Assembly: GCA_002633005.1 (NCBI GenBank)
Contig: NMRA01000036.1
Location: 986,488 to 1,019,109 of the forward strand
DNA: 32,622 nucleotides
Source of the DNA: Phoronis australis
Lineage: Eukaryota; Animalia; Phoronida
Direction: 5' to 3'
Below, one piece after another: positions 12,322 to 23,784 of this stretch. Position numbers and translations under genes: made by a program. Below the pieces are notes generated by a model that was not told the DNA's origin, searched no databases, and was given only the letters and a program-made list of their open reading frames with translations. The stretch's first letter is position 1, and the number at the start of each line of letters is the position of its first letter.

Positions 12322-12733
12322 CTGACATTTAAAGGGAGAACATCATTAGAGTGAATTTCCATTCTCTGCATGTGGCAAATCTGAATTTAATCTTTTTAAA
12401 ACATTTTACAACAAGATCAATGTTAGTACAACATCAGGTCATCATACAACTATGTCACGCATGGTCAACATTGATTATTCTACACTTGTTATGACATGGC
12501 TGAGATATGTGGTGCATTTTTGAATGTCATCAGATACGAAGGAACTACTTCTCCATATCGAATGCGCATTTATTGAATTTCGTGTCAAATGGGCATTTAA
12601 AGAAGATTCATCAATATCTATCTGAAACATCATGCACAGCCAACACAGTACACTACCTAGCATACACAAAGATTTGTGTGTCTATGCAAGTGACAGAGTA
12701 ATCCTGATACAAAAAGTCCTAACAGATATATAC

Positions 12734-12922
12734 CAAGCAAGTCACTCTCAGCTGATGGACTAGGCTGTAGCACAAAACTGTCACGGTCAGCAGCAGGCAT
12801 AGTTGGTTCATCTTGGGTTGAATGCTTTGTGTACAACTGCAAGTCATCTTGGCTCGAAGGAGATGGCACATGCAAGGCGACTGAATGGCCCACAGCTGCT
12901 GAGCGATGCCTGCGCCGAACAC
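12734..12922 (-). CDS. TSC2: TSC2 exon (189 bp, phase 1-1): GVRRRHRSAAVGHSVALHVPSPSSQDDLQLYTKHSTQDEPTMPAADRDSFVLQPSPSAESDLL
   Basis: Acceptor ttttactgtag, donor G|gtatat, open frame with compatible phases. RRRHRS..GH resembles human RDRVRSMSGGH. Confidence 0.8.
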
Positions 12923-13513
12923 CTACAGTAAAAGCAACTGTGAATAGGAATTTTATGAGAGAGTGGTGACATAATGATATAAGCTTCAACACTGGATGGT
13001 CAAACTATATTTGACAAACAACGTCCAGTGCCACCTACAGTTCACCTGTAACTTGGGTGGAGATTTAAGGCCAACGTGATGTCTTTGTCAACTTAGGCTG
13101 CCCTGCATAATTGGTAACTGGGTAATAAAAGCAAGTCTGATTTTTGCTCTCAGAACACTGGAGAGTAGTGTGTTGGATGTTTGACAAAGTCATATAAATG
13201 TGTTTACTGCAACTGCACTTAATGAAATTCCAAAATGCCAACTTTATCTCAACAAATAGAATGTATAATACAACATCACCAGTGATTGCTAGACAGAACC
13301 CATGCTCTCCATATATGTCAGCTTTTTTAACGTACTAAAAATAAGACAAAATAAAGTTTCTCTGTCATGATGGTTAATCTTGTTAATAGTATTAATGATG
13401 GGTAATAACAATTATGGCAGCAAAATTCTAATTACAGAATGGATTAGCCACCTTAATAACTTTTCTAGTAACACCATTCATTCATGGTCATGGGGAAGTC
13501 AAACAGTGCACAC

Positions 13514-13725
13514 CTTCAGGCTTATCTGTAGGACTAGCCACTGACAGGGCTTCATCAGGATCCTTATGATTGTACATCTTGTCTAGAAATACCATGCACT
13601 TTTCACACAAGCCATCCTTGATAACTTTGCCACTAGCACCACTTGTAGTTATGGTAATCAACTTGTTCCCCAGCAACCATGTCTGTGAAGAGCCGCCCTT
13701 CAGCAAAAACTCCATGACATGAGAC
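13514..13725 (-). CDS. TSC2: TSC2 exon (212 bp, phase 2-1): [70 protein letters not shown]
   Basis: Acceptor ttattcttag and donor G|gtgtgc. Matches human [28 protein letters not shown]. The 3' boundary is inferred from phase compatibility. Confidence 0.9.
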
Positions 13726-13797
13726 CTAAGAATAAACTCCGAAAATTAAGACCAAAGTTTATGGATAACATCACATCAGCCTCTGGCCAAGAATTAA

Positions 13798-15844
13798 ACA
13801 AGAGCATCGCGGAGCGTTGAAATGCGCCCACGAATGCATCGCAAATGGTGTGCTTTTAGGGTTGGTTATTTGTGTCATAAAAATGGCCACTAGATGGCAC
13901 AAAAACAAACAATCCGTCCAAAAACAGGTACAAGTCATTGCAGCTTCTTTAATAAAAAGCGATACACCAAATTTCATACAAATCCGTCACGGAACTTCAG
14001 AAAAACAAAGGATAACAGAATAAAATGAAATTGCCACTAGGGGGCACAGTGTTCATAGGATCCGCCTAAGTCGTCACTGTCTGTTGTTAGCTTCATACAC
14101 TAACAAAATTTAATAAAGATTCTGATGTGGGTTTAGGAGATACAGCTCTGGGCGCAAAACAAAAAAAAACTACCACGAGGTGGCATCAGAGTAGTCAAAG
14201 TCGTCATCACCAACCGTACTCTTCACACTGAGCACATATGTGCCAATTTTCAAAACCATATAATTTGGTTGATAGAGAGGTAGACGCCAAAAAACAGACT
14301 TGAAAACAGCAGAAATGGCCACTAGCTGGCGCAAAGTAAGTTGATTCTATCCGAAAACAAGAAAATGCCCGTATTCAAAATTTTATGAAAACCTGTTGAG
14401 GAACTTTGAAGTTCCTGCAAAAGGTTTAGGAGATGCAGTCATGGGCGCAAAAAAAGAAACTGCCACTAGGAGGCGCCACAGTAGTCGAAGTCATCGAAAA
14501 ATCATTCTCAGCCATCCACGTCATAGTAAAAAGTTACATACATGCCAATTTTCACAATTATCCTGAAAGCGGTTTGGTTGATAGAGGGGTGGACGCCAAA
14601 AAACAGACTCGAAAACAGTAAAAATGGCCACTACGTGGTGCAAACTACGTCGAATTCGTCTGAAAATATAAAGATAGCGTCACCTCGCTAACAGAAGCCT
14701 GGACGCCAAATTTTATGAAATTATGTTGAGGACCTTTGAAGATACAGAGGTAAACAAAAAAAAAATGATACTAGGTGGCACACCAGTTGTCAGATCTGTT
14801 TGAAAGTCGCCGTCGTCCATTGTCAACATCATATAAATGCACTTACTAAATTTTGTAAAGATGCTGCAAACGGTTTAGGAGATATAGCCATAGGCGCAAA
14901 AAAAAAAATTGCCACTAGGAGGCACCACAGTATGCGAAGTCGTCGGAAAATCATTGTCAAATGTTCTCTTCATAGTAAGAACATACATGCCGATTTTCAC
15001 GATCATGCTTAAAGCAGTTTGGTTGATAGAGGAGTGGACGTCAAAAAACAGACTCGAAAACAGTAAAAATGGCCACTACGTGGTGCAAACTACGTCGAAT
15101 TCGTCTGAAAAATATAAAGATAGCGTCACCTCGCTAACAGAAGCCTGAACGCCAAATTTTATGAAATTATGTTGAGGACCTTTGAAGATACAGAGGTAAA
15201 CAAAAAAAAATGATACTAGGTGGCACACCAGTTGTCAGATCTGTTTGAAAGTCGCCGTCGTCCATTGTCAACATCATATAAATGCACTTACTAAATTTTG
15301 TAAAGATGCTGCAAACGGTTTAGGAGATATAGCCATAGGCGCAAAAAAAAATTGCCACTAGGAGGCACCACAGTATGCGAAGTCGTCGGAAAATCATTGC
15401 CAAATGTTCTCTTCATAGTAAGAACATACATGCCGATTTTCACGATCATGCTTAAAGCAGTTTGGTTGATAGAGGAGTGGACGTCAAAAAACAGACTCAA
15501 AAACAGTAAAAATGGCCACAAACTACATCCAATCCATCCGAAAACGGGAGGAAACTATCGTCTCACTAATAGATGCCTAATACCAAATTTTATAAAAAAA
15601 CGTTGAGGACCTTTGAAGATACAGAGGTAAACGTAAAAAACTAAAATTGCCACTAGGGGGCACATCGGTAGTGGGATCTGTCCGAAAGTTGGCTCATGCC
15701 GTCCCATCCATGAAAGGAACACATTGTGCAAAATTTCACGAACATACGTCAATTGGTTTTGGAGATAGAGCAGCGGACGCCAGACGGACGGATGGACAAA
15801 GATGACGGCATAATGCGTCCACATATAAATATGAGCGCGCATAA
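13798..15844 (-). mobile_element. HINE-like element copy 4 (~2.05 kb, ~13 internal units including a ~444-bp tandem duplication)
   Basis: Same termini (acaagagcatcgcggagcgttgaaatgcgccc ... gacggacggatggac ... ataatgcgtccacatataaatatgagcgcgcataa). It lies ~70 bp from the TSC2 acceptor at 13726. Confidence 0.87.
14597..15484. repeat. Near-identical direct tandem duplication of ~444 bp (three HINE units)
   Basis: 14597-15041 and 15042-15484 differ only by two substitutions seen by eye and by A-run lengths. Confidence 0.93.
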
Positions 15845-18204
15845 GAACTGTAATTTTTAAATTTCTTAACAGAGGGTTATGGAATCCATAGACTGACCCC
15901 GGAACACCTGAAAGCGAACACCTAATTAGGAATTAAAACCTCAATTTCTTCGCTTGGTAACAAATTTCTAGTATTTATTTTAGTTTTCATTTAATGGAGT
16001 TAAGATACTTTAGGTTTCACTAAAATGCATTGAGTATTTAGGTAGAGCAATTATACTCATATTCTTGAACCCTACAAGGAGATGCCAAGCAATACTTCTA
16101 GAAAACCTGGCAGCAACCAATACTCAGCTCTGAAACAGAGCTGAAAGGCCATCGAAGCGCTTTTCACAGATTTGTAAACTGGACATAAATCCAAAGAGTG
16201 GGAGGAAAATAAAGACTCATTCAGTGTGTTAGTACTAACCAAATCATAAAATTCCCTTGACATATTTAAGGAACCATAAGCCATGCACTGACACAGAGTT
16301 GTTAAATGTTTTCTTGAATTTTCCCTCTTATCCATATTTCTTATTCTTTCGACTGTCCCTGCCCCCACACCTATGTCGGTTGCCATGGTGTAACCTTGAT
16401 GNTCCGGCTTCCTACAGCCCTGTATATTGGATTTGTGAAATATACAGTCATTCAAATTAAAACAGTGAAAAATTCAATAATGTTCGTCTGAAACTTAGAA
16501 ACAATCCGTCCGGGAATATAAAAATTGAAACATTAACTGAACAGGTGTGCAGCAGTGTTTTGTTTTGGCTTCGATGAATTTCTTATAGTTTTCTAATACT
16601 ATTTTCGTGTCTTAGCTTCTGGATCCCCACCCCCCTGTGTTCATCACAGCACTGGAAAATAACAGCGAAAACTGTGCTGATTTGCAGAATTTGAGGTAAG
16701 GACTGTATCCCAAAAAGCAGATTTTATGCTACCAGTGAGGAAGATTCAAGGAATGCTGCTAGCAGACGATTGTGTCAGTAAGAAAACACACACTCTATAT
16801 TGGGTCACAATTTCCTGTAAATATATCAGTGTAGATATACAGCATGCAACCATAACTAAACATTTTCGGGATGCAATTTAGACAAGTGACCTATTTACCA
16901 TGACCCACATTAAAACCAGCAAGGCCTAAAAATAGCTGCCTAATCACTGAGAGTCGGAATTTTCATCGGTAAATCTTGGCAGCAAGTTTATAATTTTTAG
17001 ACCAGTAAAACTGCTTTTTTAGGAACGACACCTTGTAATCAATGTTTTAGGTAATCCGAATGAACGAGCCCAATCAAATTTGGCATCGTATCGTTGTATA
17101 CAGATTGGCTCCACTGTCCCGTATATAACAGTAATTTCATGGCATACTGAATAGTAATAAAGGTTGATATTTTATATACAGTTTGAGTGTGATAAGTACG
17201 ACTTAATTCCACACTTTCAACATACAGACTTCCAGCCCTGTTTAAGGGTTGGTTTACCAAATAACCTGGCAGGACATAGTTCGGGATTTATAGTAGAGGC
17301 ACATTCGCCCCATAGTTGAACACAACCTATTCCATGATAAATATTTTGATAATTTTGTTACAAAATGCAGGGAAATCATGAATAGCATAGTTACCTCAAA
17401 TACTCCATGACATTTCTTACTCAAATAGTTTTAAAAAATGAAGCTGAGAGACCTCAACAGAGGAGTTTCTTTAAAATGGGTCCAAACTAGCCCTGTTATA
17501 AGTGGCACTATTATGTCGTTTTCCCGTTGCTCCCAACTTGTTAGATTCTATAGCCCAACAACAAGTTGAGAAGATCACCCCTGTAGCCAATATCTTACAC
17601 GACTGATTAACTCCATTCTGGCATTGATGGTTGGAGGGCCAGTTCTATTTTGTTCGATAATTGCTCTAATCTTCAAAGATCACAATCTAGCCTGACTGAG
17701 CTGTGTTGTTAAAAACAAAAAGTTAAATTATAACATATTTGAACATAAACTATAGCATTTCTGAATTCAAATGCTGATCATGTTTAGTGTTTGAATCGCC
17801 AAAATCGCCCAACTACAATGGTACCGAAGTTACGACAATCTATTCTTTCCAAACACTCTAGTTTGACTGTGTTCACACATGGTCTGTAATAAGCCTGGTA
17901 GATAATTGGCCTGTCTGCTGTCATACCAGACAAAAGACTGTGCTTGGCAGTTAACAAATGAGTTAGATGTTATCACATCCTCACAACCATCTACGTCTGG
18001 AAAAGTCACTGAACGGGAGAACGCCGTCATGCCAGCATGTATTCTGATCTTCAACATCCTAAAGCTGGATTATTTATATCTCACTCAATTGACTGGTTGT
18101 ATAAGAATATATCAAAATGACGAAATAAAATCAAAGCAAGAGAGCCTAATAGACATGATCTCCATACAAATCTTCTGTCAACTTACAGATGTCAGTACAT
18201 TTAC

Positions 18205-18372
18205 CTTTGTGGCATACTGGAACATTGGGAGAACGTGTATCTGGACAAAGTGTCAATACATGTTTCTGTCAATTCCGTGTGAAAAAGAGACAATGAGGGA
18301 TCAATGCCATCTTTGACCGTAACTGCAGGTGGAATGTCTGTGTGTAAGCTCGTTGGGCGTGGTGCTGACTTC
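18205..18372 (-). CDS. TSC2: TSC2 exon (168 bp, phase 2-2): KSAPRPTSLHTDIPPAVTVKDGIDPSLSLFHTELTETCIDTLSRYTFSQCSSMPQ(R)
   Basis: Acceptor cacttgcag and donor gtaaat. Matches human [27 protein letters not shown]. Confidence 0.93.
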
Positions 18373-19400
18373 CTGCAAGTGTAGAAGCAACATCACCCTG
18401 TTCAATGAATTGGATAACTCTTGTTGTCATGTTTAGACAACTTTTCAATCACAAGACCTTGACATATTTCTAAGTTAACATTTTTGCATCAATTCAATGA
18501 AATCACTTCCACTGTGTACCGTAAGCAAGACAAAAACAATTCACTCTGATTTCTTATATTTGTTATACCACCGCAGACTCAAATTTTGAAGGACTCTTCT
18601 GAAATTTGGTATGACCATATATCACAACAAGGGTTATCTAATATGTTTCATCTGTTGCTCGCTTCTAACTTCCATTCTCAAGTTACTATTCAAAATTTAC
18701 TGATGACTGAGATCCGACACTGGTACATTTCTCAGGCTCCAGTACAATCATGTGTCACCGTGGGTGCTATACAGGTCCAGTTACTAGCATGAGTGATCCA
18801 TATGAAATTAACACTGGATGTTACAGTACTTTCAATCATCTGTTTATAACAGTCAAGAAGAGAACATAGCATAGTGTGGCTTTGCAACACGAGAGGTCAC
18901 TTTCGGCGGTGTTTTTGGGTTAGGCATCATGTCATTGGCATTTTAGTTATAGAAAGCTGCGGTGGCATCGGTGGAGTCGTTGTGGGCATTGGATGGCTTC
19001 TTTCGCTAGTCAGTAGTGTTCTAGTCATTTTCATTTTTGTCCCAGGGTCACTGTGGACATCATCATTGGCAATGTTTGCTGCAATACTAACACCATCAAT
19101 GCCATTCTTGTTCGCTCACCACTGTAGTCCAAGCATTGCTGTTGTCATTAGCAGTGTCATTGGAGTCCTTGTGATGTTTGAAGTAGGCATCACATGATTG
19201 TTGACACTGGCAGCAGCGTCGCTCTCACAAAAGTTAACGAGTAGGCATCAGTGTCGTTGGGTTGCTGATGGCATTGTTGGTGTTGTTCCTAGTACCAGCA
19301 TAATCGGTTGTCTTTGTATTGGTTAGTACCATGGCCATCGTGGTCATGAGTATGCCTGCTTCCGTTGTTTACTTCATTCCTATGTTTTTCATTTGATTTC

Positions 19401-19474
19401 TCCAAGTGTCACAAGACTTCGCTAAGTGTCACTCGATTTCGCCAAGTGTCACTCGATTTTGCCAAGTGTCACTC
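19401..19474. repeat. 20-bp tandem repeat, ~3.7 copies (gccaagtgtcactcgatttc)
   Basis: aagtgtcac recurs at exactly 20-bp spacing. Confidence 0.88.
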
Positions 19475-20110
19475 CTTTGAGCACTTTCATTTTTGGTTTT
19501 AATTTCTGGCTTTTGCCATTGATAAAGATCAAACAAGTTTTAGGAATAACAAAATGCCAAATGTGTTTTTACTACAATTTACTGAATGAAGTTATAAATT
19601 ATATACTTCAACTGTTACAGTGTTTAACATTTTAATAAAATCCATCATGTTAACATAGATATAATTTAGATGCTGAATGAAAACCTATACCTTCTGTTTC
19701 CACAACCTAACAAATTCTACATATTATTATATTATTTGGATTTTTCAAAAACAGATTTTTGGGTCATAAATTCGTGTTACAGTATTCTAAGGAATTAAGG
19801 AACTTTGATTTATGAAAAGTTTACCTAAAAGAATCCAATCCAATACTTTATATTTATTTACTAACAAGTGTTCCAAACTTCTTTGTCACACAAATATTGT
19901 CCACTTTCTTTAGAAACATAATGTGTTAAATGTTTTCCAACATCCTATGAGTAACATTAATTTTTACTTTTCCAGGGACAGCCCATATAACTTATTTCTA
20001 ATATTTGGCACAAGCTCTGGCCTTGAGCAAAAACTATTTTTCTATTTTTCACTGTCCTATCCTGCAATAAGATTCAAACACAACTCACTAAGTTAATTCT
20101 TATTCCTTAC

Positions 20111-20229
20111 TTTCGAAATGTTGATGACAGACTTCCCGACCTTCGTCTGTCTGCTGAGTCTTCATTGACAGAAAGAGGCTTGCGGCTACTGGACTCCTCA
20201 AACTGACGGAGTACATTTGTCTTCAATCC
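20111..20229 (-). CDS. TSC2: TSC2 exon (119 bp, phase 0-2): GLKTNVLRQFEESSSRKPLSVNEDSADRRRSGSLSSTFR(K)
   Basis: Acceptor ctccttgaag and donor gtaagg. GLKTNVL corresponds to human GLRSNVL and RRRSGSL to RARSTSL. Confidence 0.9.
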
Positions 20230-21691
20230 CTTCAAGGAGAATTAAGAACTTAAATGATGATAAAAACATAACACCTCAAAGTTGGTTGATTTCTCATTCT
20301 AACGAGCACCTTGAAATAACTCGAACAGTATCAAAGATCCAATAGATATTGAGAAATAACAGAAATTGTTTTTAAAAAAATGTTTACAGAAATTTTGTTG
20401 AATGATAATATGAGCTACTATAAAAATAATACCTTAGTTCAGCCAAAGGTATTTCCAATGTCAAATCCAATGCAATTTCTCATTGGCTCATTGCAATTAT
20501 CAAAACATCACATCATGGAAATCTTTGACAGGGTTAGAACCCAAAATGAACATCTAACTCAGCAGTCAGCACCACCTTTTAAATCATATGAAGATGAGGA
20601 ACAAATAATTATTGAAATATTATGTTCTGCTGAAGCCAGCTGCTATGGATTGTACAAACTCTTACATAAAGGTGTACGTTGAAGATGTTTTATCTGCAAC
20701 AGGCAAAAGAAAAATTGTAGTTTAATTGTAATGTATACTAATGACCAGTTGGAAACCAGTCTACACAACACTACTTTTGGCGAGGGGTGCCATTCTCCCA
20801 TCCGGTAAAAATTTCCAAGACCCCATTAGAAATTCCTGGTGACATGGCGTTGACATTTGCAGTGCCATTGTCACCACCTGACAGTGCTGCGCTGCGAAGG
20901 AATGTAGAAGGAAAGTACCAGTTGAGCAAGCCTGCATGGACCTTCAGTCTCTTAGAATTTAAGTTTTAGATAAGATAGGTCACTAGTCAAGGTTATAATT
21001 AAAAGCTGTTTCAATGGGAGCAATGCAAAGCATTGATATGTGCACATAGTGCACCGCAAGCAGCATGTTTCATTAAGGTACAAGGCAACAACAATTTGAT
21101 ATGGGCTAGCTGCAATAGTCAGAATTGAGATAAAGTGCTGGAACCTCAGGTTTTAAAACATCAACTCAAAAAGTTTTATAAAATAAACAGTCGTTTTCAA
21201 CATTTGCTAGAAAGAAATAACATCATGACACGAAGGGACACAGCACTAGGCACCTCTGCTTTGGGACACTGCATTATCCCAAGGGACATTTGAATGTCCC
21301 ATGTAAAGTTTTTTCAATTGAGTCATTTTGGAATACTAAAGGCACATGGCACAGATGGGTATACTTGTGACATGGATTTTGCATACTCAATGGTATTGCG
21401 AATTTCATGAGCCATTTAACAGGTAGTTTAAACTTGAAGTTTTAGCATAATGTAAATTTCATATTGTTTAAAGTAAATGTTTTCTGACTGATAATTAAAT
21501 AATTAAGGATGAGTGTGTGACTTAACTAGTTATTAAAATTATAATAAAAATTAATTGTATTTGACACCTGCTCTGCTTTTTCTGCTCCACATCATGATGT
21601 GCTATACTCCTCAGTTTTAAACATTTCATTATTAATTGGGGAAATTTTCACAAAACTGGATAGAGTTAAAAGCGTTTAGAGTTAGACTATA

Positions 21692-23248
21692 TAGGGTGTC
21701 CAAAAAATAAAGAGCCCTTTTTTGACTAATAATTACTCAGCAATTGACCAACCAACTTCGTTCAAATTTTTCTCAAATGTATCTTCAAGGTGTCATCAAC
21801 AAGTCAACAAAGTACCTAAGTCAGAGAAATAGAAAAAATAATGGAAGTATTGTGAAATTCAATACAGCAGGGTGAAAATGCAATATCGCTGTGACTTACA
21901 TCCTGTTCATGCTGTGCTGGCATTTGTCAGTCAAAAAATTGCCTTCCAGGGTCTTAAGTCTATTGCCTTTCATTGACAACATCAGATCTGTATCCAAACC
22001 AGTTCTATCTAATATTCCGGTTTGTAAGGATGCCTTTGAATGAAAGTGATGAATTTACTATAATTGAAACCCGTTTCAAGGGTGTTCCCAAGAAAAAGGT
22101 GGAGTCATACCCCTGTAAATAGAGGTATTGCTAAAATATGCAACACAGCATCTGTTGCGCATACAAGTGGCAGTCATGGAGACCCATGACTGCATCCTCG
22201 AAAGAAACCAATCGTGTTGAGGAACTTATTCAATCCCAAGAAGACAACCCGGGGAATCACAGATCTCTGAGAGAAGTCGCAAGTGATTTACAAGTGAGCA
22301 ATTCTTCTGTGTAAAGAATGGCAAAAGCTGGAAGTGGGTATCATGAAGAAATCAAAATGTTAAAAGGAAAAGACAAACTGGATGCCGATACTTGCATGAC
22401 CTCTATTCAGCCACTGATGTGAAAATAACCACTTTCACTGAAGACTTTATGCTAGAAATCGTCAATCATGTTTATGGGAAACAAAAACAAGAAATTCAGC
22501 CTTCTCGAATCTATCATGACACGTCCAGATTTTCCCAAAAAGTAATGGTTTCTGCTGGAGTATCCTGGGAAGGAAAAACAATTAATATTCATGTTATTGA
22601 CACTGATAGACCCAAAGTTAACATGAGCCAAGGCTTCATGCAGTTATTGGATGAAAATCTTCTCCTGGATTGCAGGCAACTTTATACTGGAAACAATTAC
22701 GTGTTTCAGCAAGATAGGGCTCCTTCACACACGAGCAAGATAACCCAGGATCATCTGGGGGAAGGCCACATCAAAATTCATCTAAAAGGATGTGACCTCC
22801 TCTTAGTCCTGACTGCAATCCAATGGACTATGCCATACGGGACTCTCTGAAGGAGATAGTATACTAGGAAGTAGAGACAAACTGGCTCAACAGGGGATAA
22901 AAGACAGCAGAGGATAATTATGACCTGGGGTGAAATCTCAAGGAAAGAAATATGGGAAAGCACTACTGGTTGGAAGAAACGGTTTCGTTTAGTCATGGAG
23001 GAAGATGGAGGCCACATTAAGCATAGGCTGAAATAAGTGAGCTTGCCTTTGATAAATTTTATTTTTTGACCTCAGGCTGATGTTTTTCATAGACAGTACT
23101 CCCACAATTGGAAACAAATCTCTTTGATATTTTGCACATTTGTTGATGATATCCTAGGCTTTAACTGCACGAAAGTTGAAAAAATTAGGTTCATCCGTTG
23201 CTGAGAAATTACTTGTAAAAAAGTGGCTCACTTTTTTGGGACACCTGG
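21692..23248 (+). mobile_element. Decayed Tc1/mariner-superfamily transposon, DD37D (maT)-type, ~1.56 kb
   Basis: TA-flanked imperfect TIRs tagggtgtccaaaaaa... and ...ttttttgggacacctgg, with inverted similarity extending ~60 bp, enclosing transposase remnants. Confidence 0.85.
22050..23036 (+). pseudogene. Frameshifted DD37D transposase pseudogene
   Basis: Fragments VEELIQSQEDNPGNHRSLREVASDLQVSNSSV (HTH), KVMVSAGVSWEGKT, YVFQQDRAPSHTSK, PPLSPDCNPMDYAI and KRFRLVMEEDGGHIKH*, with multiple stops and indels. The start is approximate. Confidence 0.85.
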
Positions 23249-23784
23249 TATATTCTTCGGTCAGTAATCTGATACAATGTGTAATAATTATTGCCTATGA
23301 AAACAGTGAAAAAACTGCTTTCCTGGCCCCTATACACTGGTTGAAGCATCCAAAAGCACTCTATTTTAATAGCACATTAGTTCTCAAAAGAATATTCTGC
23401 AAAATACGCATGGCTGATGTTTCAAAAGTTATAAATTAATGAATTGATTCCACCAGCTTTGGACAACTTTCATTATAACATATTACTCGACTTGAAATTT
23501 GCAAAAAAAACTATCACGACAGTCCATATCAAATACACGAGAAATAGCAACCCGAACGACCCATGCTCCTGGAGATTCTAGTGCTAAAAGTGAATGTCAG
23601 GCTTGGCTTTCATAGAGAAATGATGGCAATGTTTTACACCGTCCATTGATAACCTGGAAATCATCTGCACCCGTCTCAAAAAAGTAGTTGAACACGAGTT
23701 GGGGTTCAAGTTCTCATGCTCAGACAGTCCTCGCCAGAGTTATTATGTAGTGAACAACATTCACATTATAAGCAGTAATCTTAC

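Noticed and set aside
12475-12669. Possible extra TSC2 exon (IDIDESSLNAHLTRNS...)
   Set aside because: The obvious cag acceptor gives an immediate stop in the required phase. The alternative needs a weak tag acceptor and a weak donor, and flanking exons already join in frame.
130-15662. HINE arrays as a CRISPR-like repeat-spacer system (constant 15-mer with variable intervening DNA)
   Set aside because: The intervening sequences are homologous to each other (shared ccaaatttYatgaaaatc and ggagatacag blocks), so they are diverged tandem units rather than acquired spacers.
64-15842. Family of similar short ORFs (MPLGG..., ...HANFHNHPLSGLVDRGVDAK...) suggesting a repeated small-protein gene family
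   Set aside because: They are translations of the non-coding HINE units. Frames, starts and stops are not conserved between copies.
16072-16455. 127-aa minus-strand ORF containing an ambiguous base (n at 16402)
   Set aside because: No recognisable motif or compatible splice sites, and the TSC2 exons on either side join without it. The n is only a sequence-quality flag.
18874-19197. Hydrophobic 107-aa ORF resembling a membrane protein
   Set aside because: It is a by-product of GT-rich cryptic repeats, starts at GTG, and has no other gene evidence.
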